Origin: Dehalococcoidia bacterium
Lineage (GTDB): Bacteria > Chloroflexota > Dehalococcoidia > Lucifugimonadales > UBA3495
Direction of reading: 5' to 3'
NCBI GenBank assembly: GCA_965261925.1
Contig: OZ253486.1
Span: 2,520,623-2,584,622, forward strand
DNA length: 64,000 nt
In this document: positions 1 through 10,374 of the stretch, one piece after another
Position numbering within the stretch: position 1 is the first letter of the stretch
How the letters are laid out: each line of letters starts with the position of its first letter
Program-made: the position numbers and the translations under genes
The notes under the pieces: generated by a model
Databases searched by the model: none
What the model was told of the DNA's origin: nothing
Seen by the model: the letters and a program-made list of their open reading frames with translations, nothing else

Positions 1-156
1 AGTGATGTGCGTGACAAGCACATCATATTAGTCGACGACGTGGTGACCACGGGAAGCACGCTGGATACCTGCGCAGCGGCGCTCAAGCAGGCCGGCGCCG
101 CGTCGGTCTGGTGCCTGACGCTAGCGGTGGCCGGGAGCCGGCGCGGGCGAAAATGA
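1..156 (+). CDS. ComF-family phosphoribosyltransferase, C-terminal fragment (gene begins upstream of window)
   Basis: Frame 1 reads ...HIILVDDVVTTGSTLDTCAAALKQAGAASVWCLTLAV..., the PRPP-binding loop of type I phosphoribosyltransferases/ComF. Stop TGA at 154-156. Confidence 0.7.
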   Translation, partial: SDVRDKHIILVDDVVTTGSTLDTCAAALKQAGAASVWCLTLAVAGSRRGRK

Positions 157-426
157 TCACGGGGTACGACTTGCCCGGGAGGGCGCGGTTGTGTCCGTTG
201 TTGCGAGGTCGGCAGGGTCAATGTCGCGTCGATGCGCGGGTCCCGTGTTGTCACGGTCGTGTTGCGGCGGCGGAAGGTTAGCCACCCCTGCGAGTCTCGT
301 TGCCGGTGGCTGCTGCGAAGATTGGGCAGTACAATCAGGCGATTCGCGTTTGACATCCTACAGGCTGTCTGCTGAAATGGCGGCAACGGGTACCGTACCG
401 ACACCAAAAGATCAGGAGGCAGCATC

Positions 427-1416
427 ATGGCAGGTAACACTATCGTTTACGTTGGCGCCGAAGCCAGCGGACTCTACCGAAAGATGGCGGGCGATGCGCA
501 CTGGGATCTGCTCACCGATGGGCTGGCGCCGGCCACTCAGGCGCGGGCCATTGCCATTCATCCGAACGACCCGCGCACTATCTTTTGCGGCACGCAACGG
601 GGCGTTTACCGGAGCACCGACGGCGGTGACCATTGGCAGCGCATGAACATGACCGAGGGGCGGGCGGTTTGGTCCATCCGGTTCCATCCCAACGACTCCA
701 ATGTCATGTACCTGGGCACCGAGGGCGCCGAGGTGTACAAAAGCGAAGACGGCGGCGAGAACTGGGCGCACATCGCCACCGTTTCGAACCCGTCACAGGT
801 GCAGATGGCGTTTGCCATGCGCATCCTGGGCATCGACATCGAAGCCGCCAATCCGAACAATATGTACGCGGCGCTGGAAGTTGGCGGCGCGGCCAGCAGC
901 ACGGACGGCGGCCACACCTGGACGATTCGCAACAGCGAATTCGCCGGCGATGTGGACCTGCTGGACCTGCACGGCGTGGCGGTAGGCGGCGCCGACTCCA
1001 GCTCAGTGTTGATATCCAATCGCACGGGCGTCTGGCGGAGCACCGACAAGGGGGCGTCCTGGCAGGACTGCAACTTTGACAGCTTCTCTGACATCAAGTA
1101 CTCGCGCGGCGTGGTGCGGGACCCCAGCGACCCGAACACGCTGTATGCCTGCGTGGGAATGAACTTCGGCAGCGAGCAGGGCGGAGTGATGCGCACCACC
1201 GATCTGGGCGCCACCTGGGAGAGGTTCGACCAGGGGATCAGTGCGGGCAGCACCACCTTCGGTGTGGCTGTGAACCGGCAAGACCCGTCGCAGGTCTATT
1301 TCTGCACGCGGCGTGGCCAGGTGTTCGGCACCCACGACGGTGGCGCCAACTGGACCCAGGATGCGGTACCCGAGATGGCGACGAACGTGATCAGCGTGGC
1401 GTGCACCTCCGCATAA
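427..1416 (+). CDS. BNR/Asp-box repeat beta-propeller protein (sialidase/Ycf48-like fold)
   Basis: Six spaced Asp-box motifs (SxDxGxxW): STDGGDHW, SEDGGENW, STDGGHTW, STDKGASW, TTDLGATW, THDGGANW. Confidence 0.8.
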   Translation: MAGNTIVYVGAEASGLYRKMAGDAHWDLLTDGLAPATQARAIAIHPNDPRTIFCGTQRGVYRSTDGGDHWQRMNMTEGRAVWSIRFHPNDSNVMYLGTEGAEVYKSEDGGENWAHIATVSNPSQVQMAFAMRILGIDIEAANPNNMYAALEVGGAASSTDGGHTWTIRNSEFAGDVDLLDLHGVAVGGADSSSVLISNRTGVWRSTDKGASWQDCNFDSFSDIKYSRGVVRDPSDPNTLYACVGMNFGSEQGGVMRTTDLGATWERFDQGISAGSTTFGVAVNRQDPSQVYFCTRRGQVFGTHDGGANWTQDAVPEMATNVISVACTSA

Positions 1417-1450
1417 GTCAGCCCGCTGGACAGGAAACGGCCAAAGTGAA

Positions 1451-1473
1451 GGGGCGGGTCCAAGACCCGCCCC
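1451..1473. terminator. Hairpin between convergent genes (putative bidirectional terminator)
   Basis: GGGGCGGGTC-CAA-GACCCGCCCC, a perfect 10-bp stem, followed by ...ACTTTT. Lies between the stop at 1416 (+) and the stop at 1498 (-). Confidence 0.5.
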
Positions 1474-1497
1474 GAACTTTTGCGGAACTGCCGGATA

Positions 1498-2691
1498 CTA
1501 GCTGCTGGCTTTGGGAAGCCAATCCTCGTTCCAGGGGAACTCGTCGCGGCCATTGCCGAACGCGGGCAGGCCCTGGTCGATGCGTTCGCGGTAGGGACTG
1601 GTGACGGGTTCGCGGTACGGGTAGAGACCACCTTCGTACATCTGCTCGCCCTTCTTGAAGTGGGTGGCCTGTTCCAGGGTTTCCACGAAGGGCATGTTGA
1701 TGTCGTAGAGATTGCCGGCGCTGGCGCGAGGCCGCGGCCCAGCCTTGGAGACGTGCCCGTAGAGCTCACGGCCGATGATACGCTCGGCGGCCCAGACACA
1801 ATCGATGAGCTTATCGATGTCAACGCCGGTTGGGATACCCATATCTTCCATCATGTGGAGCAGGTCTTCAGTGGGGGCCATGCCGGTGGCGCGGCCGTTG
1901 CCGCAGTAGGGGCAGCCGCCGAATCCCCCGATGGTGCCATCGAGCTCAAGGGTATCCTCGGGGCCGAGGACACGCATCGCGGCATAGGCGGACGCGATGG
2001 CCATGTTGCGGCCGTTATGGAGGTGCAGGCGGAAGTGATCGATTTCCGGCCAGCGCTCCTTCACACGGGAGATACTCTCTTCCACCTTGGCCGGCGTGCA
2101 GTGGCTCATGGGGTCGCCCATGGAGCAACTCCGGACGGCTATTCCGGCCTCATCCCACAACCCGTGCTGATATTCCAGCAGCGTCATCAGGGTGTCCACT
2201 TCAAACTCACCGAGGAAGTTGGAACCCCAGGAGGCGTTACAGCCGATACCGGATTGGGTGATGCCGACTTCCTGGGCCTGGGCGATGATGGCGGGCCAGC
2301 GTTCCATCTCCTGCATTTGGGTGCGGTTGGTGTTACGGCGGGCGAAGACGTCGCACAGGTGGCAGCTGAGCCGCGGATACGCGTCGCGCTCGATGGTCAG
2401 GGGCGGCGAGTAGGCGCGGGCACGCTCGATGCCGCGCTGGTTGAGCGCCAGAGCGGAATAGGTGACGCCCATCTTGGGAGTGAACCGGTGTACGATCTCG
2501 TCGATGCGCTCCATCTGCGGGGTCCACCGGGGACTGACGAACGACCCGACAACGATGCTGGTGAGGCCGGTTTCGGACAGCATGTCGAGGAGCTCAACCT
2601 TATCGTCAACGGAGATGTTGGCGTCCTCGATCTGCATGCCCTCACGCATGCCCTCCTCCTTATAATGAACGGTGGGCCATTGGTTTGGCAT
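1498..2691 (-). CDS. HMGL-like (pyruvate carboxyltransferase domain) lyase, HMG-CoA lyase family
   Basis: N-terminal MREGMQIEDA (REGxQ-type), HLHNGRNM (HxH metal site) and GGFGGCPY, as in the HMG-CoA lyase / citramalyl-CoA lyase family. Confidence 0.7.
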   Translation of the reverse strand: MPNQWPTVHYKEEGMREGMQIEDANISVDDKVELLDMLSETGLTSIVVGSFVSPRWTPQMERIDEIVHRFTPKMGVTYSALALNQRGIERARAYSPPLTIERDAYPRLSCHLCDVFARRNTNRTQMQEMERWPAIIAQAQEVGITQSGIGCNASWGSNFLGEFEVDTLMTLLEYQHGLWDEAGIAVRSCSMGDPMSHCTPAKVEESISRVKERWPEIDHFRLHLHNGRNMAIASAYAAMRVLGPEDTLELDGTIGGFGGCPYCGNGRATGMAPTEDLLHMMEDMGIPTGVDIDKLIDCVWAAERIIGRELYGHVSKAGPRPRASAGNLYDINMPFVETLEQATHFKKGEQMYEGGLYPYREPVTSPYRERIDQGLPAFGNGRDEFPWNEDWLPKASS

Positions 2692-2867
2692 AGGGGTCTC
2701 CTTGCGCCGGTTGGCGCGGCAGGGTAATTACCAAGGGCGCGCGAACGCGCGGAATGCGGGAGATTCTAGGGTTGGCCCGCCGGCATTGTCAAGGAAGCAT
2801 CCGTCATGCCAGGGGCCGGCAACACCAACCGCTCGCGCTCCGTCAGCGGGCCCCGGCGCCGTGCCGG

Positions 2868-3767
2868 TCAGCCAGGGCCGAAGACTAGGGCGTAGGCGAC
2901 CAGCTTATAGACCAGCTTGGCAGCGGTGTAAGAGTGGGCGGGCAGACCCTGATCGGGCGCGAGTTCGCAAATATCGAAGCCGACTATGTGCCGTTCCTGG
3001 CAAACTTGCCGAAGAAGACCAGTCAGTTCGAGCCAGCGCATTCCGCCGGGCTCAGGTGTGCCCACGGCGGGCATTTCGGAGGGGTCCAGGACGTCCAGGT
3101 CAACGCTGACGTAAACGAGAGGGCCCAAGCCGGCGATTATGTCAGGTATGTCCGTCTGGTTCGCCGGTGGCCAGTAGCAGGCGGGAATACCGGAAGCTTC
3201 GATGAACTCTCGCTCTTCGAGGGCCAATGCGCGGACACCGATTAAGGAAATGGGACAGTGTTCGGCGATGCGGCGGGCCCCCGAACCATGACCCCAGGCA
3301 GTGCCCTGGTATTCATCGCGCAGGTCGGCGTGGGCGTCAATGTAGAGCACCGACAGATCCGGGTGGCGTTCCAGGTGGGCCAGGGCCGACCCGATGGTGG
3401 CGGAATGATCGCCGCCAATGACGCCGGTCAGCTTGCCCGAACCCTGGGATGCGTAGTGCGAAACCGCAGCCCGAACGCGCTCCATCATTTGATGCGGGTC
3501 GCCGACGTGGGGTTCCAGGGGTGGCGCCGTGTAGATGCCGAAATCCGCGACATCCACTCCTAGCTCGATATCGTAGTCTTCCAGGGCAGCTGAAGCGGCG
3601 ATGATGGCCGCGGGGCCGTGGCGCGCGCCCGTCCGAAAAGAGGCGGTGCTATCGATGGGGACGGGAATGAGGACGGCGGCAGCGGTATCCAGCGAGGACT
3701 GCTGAGGCGGCAGAGCCAGGAAATTTGTCGGCGTCCAGGGGACGGGCGGGATTTGAGGATCAGGCAA
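2868..3767 (-). CDS. speB: Agmatinase/arginase-family ureohydrolase
   Basis: [18 protein letters not shown] and SVDLDVLDP manganese-site motifs. The listed 367-aa ORF runs through speD in another frame. Start taken at TTG 3767 (CTG 3770 also possible), just before the ...NFLALPP...[19 protein letters not shown] region. Start is uncertain. Confidence 0.75.
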   Translation of the reverse strand: MPDPQIPPVPWTPTNFLALPPQQSSLDTAAAVLIPVPIDSTASFRTGARHGPAAIIAASAALEDYDIELGVDVADFGIYTAPPLEPHVGDPHQMMERVRAAVSHYASQGSGKLTGVIGGDHSATIGSALAHLERHPDLSVLYIDAHADLRDEYQGTAWGHGSGARRIAEHCPISLIGVRALALEEREFIEASGIPACYWPPANQTDIPDIIAGLGPLVYVSVDLDVLDPSEMPAVGTPEPGGMRWLELTGLLRQVCQERHIVGFDICELAPDQGLPAHSYTAAKLVYKLVAYALVFGPG

Positions 3768-4191
3768 CAGGCGAGCCGGAGGCGGCGGTTTCCAGCAGGC
3801 TGCGCTGGCGTTGGGTCTCGCGAGTGCCCTGGTCTGCGTCGAGCCATTCCAGGCCGCGGTCGAGCAACCAGGTTTTGACGCTTTGCAAATCAAACAGGGA
3901 ACGGGCGTCGGCCAAGGCCTGTTCATGGTCGAAGGACTTGCATGAGAAGACGTCGATGTTGACGTAGTCACGCTCGGGGAAGGTGTGGACGCTGATATGG
4001 CTTTCGGCGATGATTACGAAGCCGGAGATACCGTTGTCGGTCGGCTTTGGTCCGTGGTATTCGAGCACTTCCGGTTCAGTGATCCTGGTCATACCCAACG
4101 CGGCCGGGTACTCGTCGAGGAAGGATCGGAGGCGGTCGGTGTCCCACATCATGGCGTGGTCGCCGCCGAAACCATCAATGATCAGATGCAT
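3760..4191 (-). CDS. speD: S-adenosylmethionine decarboxylase proenzyme (small bacterial/archaeal class)
   Basis: MHLIIDGFG... and the self-processing site context [13 protein letters not shown]. Immediately upstream of, and overlapping, the agmatinase gene. Confidence 0.85.
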   Translation of the reverse strand: MHLIIDGFGGDHAMMWDTDRLRSFLDEYPAALGMTRITEPEVLEYHGPKPTDNGISGFVIIAESHISVHTFPERDYVNIDVFSCKSFDHEQALADARSLFDLQSVKTWLLDRGLEWLDADQGTRETQRQRSLLETAASGSPVA

Positions 4192-4426
4192 CCTTCTTCC
4201 GTGCCCCCGCCGACTGGATAAGCCCCGAAAGGATGGGGCCGCGCCGTCTTGTGAAATCGCGCCGCATAGAATATCATGGCCGCCACGCTAATTCAAAGGG
4301 TGAAATCCGCAGCCGCTGCTCATCGGCGCCGAGGTCGCAAATCCGTTGACCCGGCGTCGGCGTATGCTAGGCAACCGTAATTCCCATTGTTCCGTGCCAA
4401 TGGCTGCGCGACCGACGGATAAAACT

Positions 4427-5440
4427 ATGGCTGTAGAAGCTGAAAACCACGCTGAACCAGAGTTGGAACCGGTCACCGAGTCGGCAGACGTCGACACGAT
4501 GATCGAGGTCCGGGATCTGACGCATTATTACGGGCCGATGCCGGCGGTGGAGAACGTCAACTTCACGGTGCGACGGGGCGAAATTCTCGGCTTCCTGGGC
4601 CCGAACGGAGCGGGAAAGACGACCACCATGCGGATCCTTACCGGGTTCATGCCTCCGACTCGGGGCACGGTGACACTGGATGGATACGACGTGGTCGAGA
4701 AGTCGCTTGAGGTGCGCAAACGGGTCGGTTACCTTCCGGAGTCCGTACCGCTGCACACCGAAATGACGGTGACCAGTTACCTGAAATACATGGGTACGCT
4801 CCGAGGCATGAACGGCCGTCGGATGCGCGGCCGCATCGATGACGTCATTGACGTTTGCCATCTGGAGGACTACCACAAGACCATCATCGGGAAGCTGTCC
4901 AAGGGATTCCGGCAGCGCGTGGGTATCGCGCAGGCCATCCTGCACGAACCGGAAGTGCTGGTCCTGGATGAGCCAACCATTGGGATCGACCCCATCCAGG
5001 TGGTGGAAACGCGGAGCCTGATCCAAGATTTGGGGAGGGAGCAGACGGTTGTCCTGAGCAGTCACATCCTGCCCGAGGTCAGCATGATCTGCGAGCGTGT
5101 CCTGATCATCCACGAGGGACACATCGTGGCGGCCGACACGCCGAACAACCTGGCGCAGCACCTGCGTGGTGTGGCCCAACTGGAAGTTGAAATTGGCGGG
5201 CCGCCGGCAGACGTGCTGCCCGTGCTGAGGAATATCGGCGGGGCAACCGAGGTGACTCACCACCCGCGACCGGGCGTAAACGCCTATCGTGTGAAATTCA
5301 GGGAAGGGCTGGACCTGCGCGACGACATATCGCGCACTGTGGTAAGTAACGGTTGGAGCCTGCTCAGCATGCAGATGAGCGGCATGACCCTGGAGGAAAT
5401 ATTCCTGCGGGTGACAACAGCGGAAGACGACGTCGAGTAA
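4427..5440 (+). CDS. ABC transporter ATP-binding protein (ABC-2/GldA-like exporter subunit)
   Basis: Walker A GPNGAGKTT, signature LSKGFRQRV, Walker B LVLDEPTIGIDP. The ORF opens at 4346; start chosen at ATG 4427 (4400 or 4499 also possible). Confidence 0.85.
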   Translation: MAVEAENHAEPELEPVTESADVDTMIEVRDLTHYYGPMPAVENVNFTVRRGEILGFLGPNGAGKTTTMRILTGFMPPTRGTVTLDGYDVVEKSLEVRKRVGYLPESVPLHTEMTVTSYLKYMGTLRGMNGRRMRGRIDDVIDVCHLEDYHKTIIGKLSKGFRQRVGIAQAILHEPEVLVLDEPTIGIDPIQVVETRSLIQDLGREQTVVLSSHILPEVSMICERVLIIHEGHIVAADTPNNLAQHLRGVAQLEVEIGGPPADVLPVLRNIGGATEVTHHPRPGVNAYRVKFREGLDLRDDISRTVVSNGWSLLSMQMSGMTLEEIFLRVTTAEDDVE

Positions 5441-5455
5441 CCGGACCAAACAGAT

Positions 5456-6169
5456 ATGCGAACCATCCGCGCGGTGGCGTTCAAGGAAATCCAGATCTAT
5501 TTCAGCAGCCCCGTGGCGTATATCGTCGCGCTCATTTTCATGGCGCTGAGCGGGTTTTTCTTCGTCCGTGATCTGGGGAATCCTTTTCCCGAAGCCTCCT
5601 TGAGCAATTTTTTCCAGGGCGCGACGTTCCTGCTGATTCCGCTGGCGCCGGCATTGACCATGCGGTTGCTGGCGGAAGAACAAAAGCTGGGGACGATCGA
5701 ACTGCTGCTGACCTCTCCGGTGCGGGACTGGGAAGTGATACTCGGCAAATACTTGGCGAGCTTCGTATTCTTGATGTTCCTGCTGTCATTGACATCATAT
5801 TATGTCATCCTGCTGCTGGTGTTCGCGACTCCCGACCCGGGACCGATTTACTCCGGTTACCTGGGGTTGATCCTCTACGGGATGGCTGCGCTGGCAGTGG
5901 GGATACTGACATCAACGCTGACCAGCAACCAGATCATCGCTGCAGTGGTGGGCACAGGCATCCTGGTGGTGCTGTACGCGACTTCATTCATCGGCGACGT
6001 GGTCACCGGCGTCTGGGCCACGATATTCAACCAGCTGGGTTTTACCAGCCATTTCAACGACTTTGATCGCGGGATCATCGATTCGGCGCACATCGTGTAC
6101 TTTGTTACCGTGACCGCGCTGTTCCTGTTCCTCTCGATACGCGCGCTGGAGTCGCGGCGCTGGAGGTAA
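5456..6169 (+). CDS. ABC-2 type transporter permease (GldF-like)
   Basis: 237-aa polytopic membrane protein directly after the ATPase, with six hydrophobic segments. Confidence 0.7.
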   Translation: MRTIRAVAFKEIQIYFSSPVAYIVALIFMALSGFFFVRDLGNPFPEASLSNFFQGATFLLIPLAPALTMRLLAEEQKLGTIELLLTSPVRDWEVILGKYLASFVFLMFLLSLTSYYVILLLVFATPDPGPIYSGYLGLILYGMAALAVGILTSTLTSNQIIAAVVGTGILVVLYATSFIGDVVTGVWATIFNQLGFTSHFNDFDRGIIDSAHIVYFVTVTALFLFLSIRALESRRWR

Positions 6170-6170
6170 C

Positions 6171-7964
6171 ATGAGCCAACAGCGCATCGGCGACGGGCCC
6201 CGTGATTGGCGCCGGCGCAGAGGACGAGACCGCCAAGGAGATGCCGGAGACGGTGGTGGTTCGGACGAGCAGCCGGCAGCCTTGGCGGAGCAGTCTCGGA
6301 CGCTATTCTCATTTATAGAGCCGGCGTTCAACCTGATCGCGGTTTTCTACGCGCCGATACTCATTGCCGGCGTGATTGGTCTGATCGTCGGCGCGGTGCT
6401 GCTGGCATTCGTCGGTTCCCTCAAACTGTATGGCGGGATCGTCCTGGGCATCGGTGCGGTGTTGGTCCTGCTGGTAGGGATTTCGTACTTCAGCCAGGTG
6501 CTGGCCGCGTTTTTCAGCCGGACCGGAAGGTATGGGGTCAACACGGTAATCATGACCGCCGCCTTTTTCGGGCTGGTCGCGCTGGTCAACTACGTGGCGT
6601 TTGAAAACCATGTCAGGTTCGACACCACGGCAACCAATCAGTTTTCGCTGGCGGACCGCACGCGCGACCTGCTGGACGCACTGGAACGGCCTATCAGCGT
6701 CATCGCGTATTACCCGGATGCGATCAACGACATCGATATGCTGACGCGGCGAGGCAAGGTCGAGACTACGCTTAGCGAGTTCGGCCGGCGCAGCGGCAAT
6801 TTCACCTACCGTTTCATCGACCCGCAGAAAGAGGCGGACCTGGCTCGAAGCCAGGGTGTGACGTCCTACGAGACGTTGGCAGTGTCCGCGGTGGGCACGG
6901 ATATTCTCGACTTGGTGCAGCCGACGGACGGGGTTTACAGTCGGCTGGAGCAGGATCTGTATACCGCCCTGCTGGTGGCGACCGAAACCCAGCGTAAGAA
7001 GGTCTATTTCCTCGCCGGGCATGGCGAACGCGACATCAGTCGGGAGGCCGAGGACGGGTACCTGAAAATCCGTGAAGGGCTGGAAGTGGACAACTACCAG
7101 GTGGAGACCCTGCCCTGGGCGCCGGTGGATGAAGAAGTGGCGGTGCCCGACGATGCAGCACTGGTCGTGATCGCCGGTCCGACCGGGGAGTTGCCCGCGG
7201 CACACGTGGACGCGCTGAATTACTACATGGCCGGTCGATACCCGGACGGCGAGCCACGTCGCGAGGCGGCAAGGATGATTTTCCTCGCCGAGCCGGACAC
7301 GCACGACAGTTTCCGTGCCTTCCTGGCGTTCTGGGGTGTGGTGGTGACCGACAGCTACATACGCGATATTGAGGGATCCCAGCCCAACGCGCCGCGGACG
7401 TTGCGGGTGGGCATCTACAACCCGCAGGCGCCACCGGAGATCGTCGCTCCCAGGGGACGGCCGTTGAACGTGGCTTTCATGCCAGGAACCGCGGCGATTG
7501 AGCCGATACTGGAAGAAACCAACACCCGCTTGCCGCGACCGATCGCGGCAACTACGGCGTCGGCTCGGCTTATCGACGATATCGAGCGTGTTGACCCAGT
7601 GGAAGGGGACCCGCAGCGAGTGTATTTCCCGGCGATGTACCTGGACATCATCGCGCCGGTGGGTGGGGCTGCGCCTACCACGAGGCCACCGGACAACCAG
7701 ATAGCCAGCATGGTGGTGTTCGGCGATTCCGATTTCGTGTCGAACCGGAATGTGGACCGTGGTTCAAGCGCGGCCCTGTTCCTGAACTCGGCCAACTACC
7801 TGATGGGCGACTACTCGCTGGTGTCCATACGTGACCGGGAGTTCGTCTACCGCGAGTGGAACCTGGACGAGAACGAGTTCAATTTCGTGCGGTTCTCGAC
7901 CTGGCTGCTGTTGCCGGGATTGATGGGTATCATGGCGGTCGTGGTCTGGTGGGTTCGCCGGTAA
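6171..7964 (+). CDS. GldG-like ABC-transporter auxiliary protein
   Basis: ATG lies 1 nt after the permease stop. N- and C-terminal TM anchors flank a large extracytoplasmic domain (..YFLAGHGE.., ..VVFGDSDFVSN..), typical of GldG-family proteins. Confidence 0.65.
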   Translation: MSQQRIGDGPRDWRRRRGRDRQGDAGDGGGSDEQPAALAEQSRTLFSFIEPAFNLIAVFYAPILIAGVIGLIVGAVLLAFVGSLKLYGGIVLGIGAVLVLLVGISYFSQVLAAFFSRTGRYGVNTVIMTAAFFGLVALVNYVAFENHVRFDTTATNQFSLADRTRDLLDALERPISVIAYYPDAINDIDMLTRRGKVETTLSEFGRRSGNFTYRFIDPQKEADLARSQGVTSYETLAVSAVGTDILDLVQPTDGVYSRLEQDLYTALLVATETQRKKVYFLAGHGERDISREAEDGYLKIREGLEVDNYQVETLPWAPVDEEVAVPDDAALVVIAGPTGELPAAHVDALNYYMAGRYPDGEPRREAARMIFLAEPDTHDSFRAFLAFWGVVVTDSYIRDIEGSQPNAPRTLRVGIYNPQAPPEIVAPRGRPLNVAFMPGTAAIEPILEETNTRLPRPIAATTASARLIDDIERVDPVEGDPQRVYFPAMYLDIIAPVGGAAPTTRPPDNQIASMVVFGDSDFVSNRNVDRGSSAALFLNSANYLMGDYSLVSIRDREFVYREWNLDENEFNFVRFSTWLLLPGLMGIMAVVVWWVRR

Positions 7965-7985
7965 CCCTGCAGGGTCGGTCACACC

Positions 7986-9041
7986 ATGAATATCCGGTTA
8001 ACGATCCTCCTGGTGTTCGTGCTGGCGTTGTTTGGAGCGTTGGCGCTTTGGTTCAAGCCGTGGGAGCAGAACCCGCCGCGCGAGGAAGAACCTTGGGCAT
8101 GGCGCATCGATGACGATGCCATCGTCCACGTGGAAGTAACGCACCAGGACCAAACGTTGTCCTATGACAAAGACCTGGGCCGCGGCAAGTGGTTCATCGT
8201 GGATGGCGACGAACGGACGGAGGTTCACCAGCCCAAGTGGGCGGGCACTCCCTTGCTGCTCAGCGGACCCAGGGTCAATCGGGTGGTGGCGACGACGATC
8301 GAAAATCCGTCCCAGTACGGATTGGAACCTCCCGAAAGCATCATCGTCATCACCGAGGAAACCGGACGTTCCTACGAATTCTGGCTGGGGAACCGGACGC
8401 CGGACGAAGACTACAACTACATGCGGCTAGTCGGTGACTCGCAACTGTTGACGGTTCCCGAGATCTGGGCGACGGTGGTGAACCGGCTGGTGACCGAGCC
8501 GCCGTACGTGCCGCCGCCGCTGGACCTGGGGTATTTCTACGAGGAAGATTTCCGGGATATCCAGGAGTTGGAGATTACCCACAACGGGGTCACCGTAACC
8601 TACGCGCCGGAACCCGGCGAGCGGACCTGGTATGCCACCAAGGGTGACGAGCGGACGGCGATCCAGGAACCAGAATGGTGGTTGTCGCAGTTGCAATGGT
8701 TCGGGCAACCCACCAAACCCGGCGGCCCTGACACCCCGGGGGGCTGGCATGTTGACGAACAAGGCGCGGACGATCCGAAATACGGCTTGCAGCCTCCGGA
8801 TACCACGGTCAGGATCGCGACGCACGAGAAGACCCGCGAGTTTTTCATTGGCAGCGGGCACATCGAGGTTGACCTGGACGACAAACCCGTCCTGGACGCC
8901 GCCGGCAACATCCAGGTGCTGGTGCACTACGCGGGATTGCCGGACGATCCGATTATTTACGTGGTAAACCGAGTACGGGCGGAACGCACGCATTGCCTGG
9001 TGGAAAACCCGCCGACCGAAAGACCATACAACTGCCCATAG
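7986..9041 (+). CDS. DUF4340-like protein (usual fourth gene of GldA/F/G-type loci)
   Basis: Single N-terminal TM (MNIRLTILLVFVLALFGALALWF) followed by a soluble domain. The call rests on position after the GldG-like gene and on overall architecture; there is no catalytic motif. Confidence 0.5.
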   Translation: MNIRLTILLVFVLALFGALALWFKPWEQNPPREEEPWAWRIDDDAIVHVEVTHQDQTLSYDKDLGRGKWFIVDGDERTEVHQPKWAGTPLLLSGPRVNRVVATTIENPSQYGLEPPESIIVITEETGRSYEFWLGNRTPDEDYNYMRLVGDSQLLTVPEIWATVVNRLVTEPPYVPPPLDLGYFYEEDFRDIQELEITHNGVTVTYAPEPGERTWYATKGDERTAIQEPEWWLSQLQWFGQPTKPGGPDTPGGWHVDEQGADDPKYGLQPPDTTVRIATHEKTREFFIGSGHIEVDLDDKPVLDAAGNIQVLVHYAGLPDDPIIYVVNRVRAERTHCLVENPPTERPYNCP

Positions 9042-9063
9042 CCGGGCCGCTGAGGAGGCTATT

Positions 9064-10299
9064 TTGAAGGCAGAGATTATCTCCGTCGGCACGGAGCTGC
9101 TGATGGGAGAGTTGACGGATACCAACGCCAGCTGGATTGCCGGTCGCTTGCCGGCGCTCGGTATACAGCTCCAGTGGGTCAGCATCGTCGGCGACGATTT
9201 GCCCAAGCTCACCGAGGCGTTCGTGCATGGATGGGAGCGCTCGGACATCATTTTCACCACGGGAGGCCTGGGCCCCACGCAGGACGATTTGACGCGGGAG
9301 GCGGTTGCGGCGGCGCTGGGCGAGACGCCCGTGGTGCAGGAGGCCGAACTGGAGAACCTGAGGCAGTGGTTCCGAAACCGCGGCCAGGATATGCCGGGTC
9401 ACAACGTCAAGCAGGCCTACCTGATACCGTCTGCCGAGTTCATCATGAACCGAAACGGCACGGCTCCCGGTTGGTGGGCGCAGCGGGACGAAAAGCATAT
9501 CGTCTGTATGCCAGGTCCCCCCGGTGAAAATCGGGCCATGTGGCAGGACGAGATTGACGCCAAGCTGAAGGAAATCGTCGACACTGAGGTCACCATCACG
9601 CGCAACATCAAGACGTTGGGATTGGGTGAGGCCTCGGTGGACGAGATAATGTCCGAGTACTTCGGCCTGGAGAACCCGTATCTGGGGATCTATTCCAAGG
9701 CCGACGGCATTCACCTTCGGATCATAGCTCGCGCAGACGATGAGGCTGCGGCCCGGGAGATGATCGCCCCGATTGAAGATGCCATCCACGACCGGCTGGC
9801 GCCATACGTCTGGGGCTACGACGACGAAACGCCGGAGCTATCCGTCGGGGCAGCACTGGTTTCGCGCGGGATGACGCTGGCCACCATGGAATCGGTCAGC
9901 GGAGGATTCCTGGCCAACACCATCACGGAAGCGCCAAACAGCGACCGGTGGTATCGAGGCGGCAACGTGGCGTACACCCCGGAGGCGATGGTTGCCGCCG
10001 GCGTCGACGCCGCAACGCTCGAAAGGAATGGCGTGGTCAGCCAGGAAACGGCCAACGCGATGGCCCTGGTCGCCCGGGCTGCCACGGCGGCGGACTTTGG
10101 CATCGGCCTGAGCGGAGTGCTGGGACCGCAGGAACTGGAGGGACATCGGCCGGGGACGATTCACATCGCCATCGCCCACGGGGAAGATGTGCGGGAGTTT
10201 CCGCTTCGGACGCCGCCGCGCCGCTTGGTGATCAAACGGCGTTCGTGCAATACGGCCCTGACGGAGTTACGTAAACTGATCACGGAAGTATCTCCCTAA
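9064..10299 (+). CDS. cinA: CinA-family competence/damage-inducible protein (MoCF-like N-domain plus PncC-type NMN amidohydrolase C-domain)
   Basis: Canonical N-terminus KAEIISVGTELLMGELTDTNASWIA. C-terminal ...ESVSGGFLA... GGAGG RBS lies 6 nt upstream of the TTG start. Confidence 0.85.
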   Translation: MKAEIISVGTELLMGELTDTNASWIAGRLPALGIQLQWVSIVGDDLPKLTEAFVHGWERSDIIFTTGGLGPTQDDLTREAVAAALGETPVVQEAELENLRQWFRNRGQDMPGHNVKQAYLIPSAEFIMNRNGTAPGWWAQRDEKHIVCMPGPPGENRAMWQDEIDAKLKEIVDTEVTITRNIKTLGLGEASVDEIMSEYFGLENPYLGIYSKADGIHLRIIARADDEAAAREMIAPIEDAIHDRLAPYVWGYDDETPELSVGAALVSRGMTLATMESVSGGFLANTITEAPNSDRWYRGGNVAYTPEAMVAAGVDAATLERNGVVSQETANAMALVARAATAADFGIGLSGVLGPQELEGHRPGTIHIAIAHGEDVREFPLRTPPRRLVIKRRSCNTALTELRKLITEVSP

Positions 10300-10323
10300 C
10301 CCAGCGGTACAGTGATAAACGTG

Positions 10324-10353
10324 AGGGCGCCCGCAATTGCGGGCGCCCTTTTT
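10324..10353. terminator. Strong bidirectional rho-independent terminator
   Basis: AGGGCGCCCGC-AATT-GCGGGCGCCCT, an 11-bp perfect stem, followed by TTTT. Lies between the convergent cinA and VWA genes. Confidence 0.65.
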
Positions 10354-10374
10354 CGTACCGGTATTGGACAGGGT

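Noticed and set aside
1480-2727. 415-aa plus-strand ORF opposite the HMGL-like gene. Similar shadow ORFs exist at 4367-5683, 6309-7304, 16154-17113, 33006-34307, 57931-59328 and 59231-60313.
   Set aside because: These are shadow ORFs of recognisable genes on the other strand. They have no motifs and a biased Arg/Gly/His/Pro composition.
4427-9041. GldA/GldF/GldG-like genes as a gliding-motility locus
   Set aside because: This ABC-2 exporter architecture is widespread outside gliding bacteria, and no other gld/spr genes are present. It is called a generic ABC exporter with an auxiliary protein.
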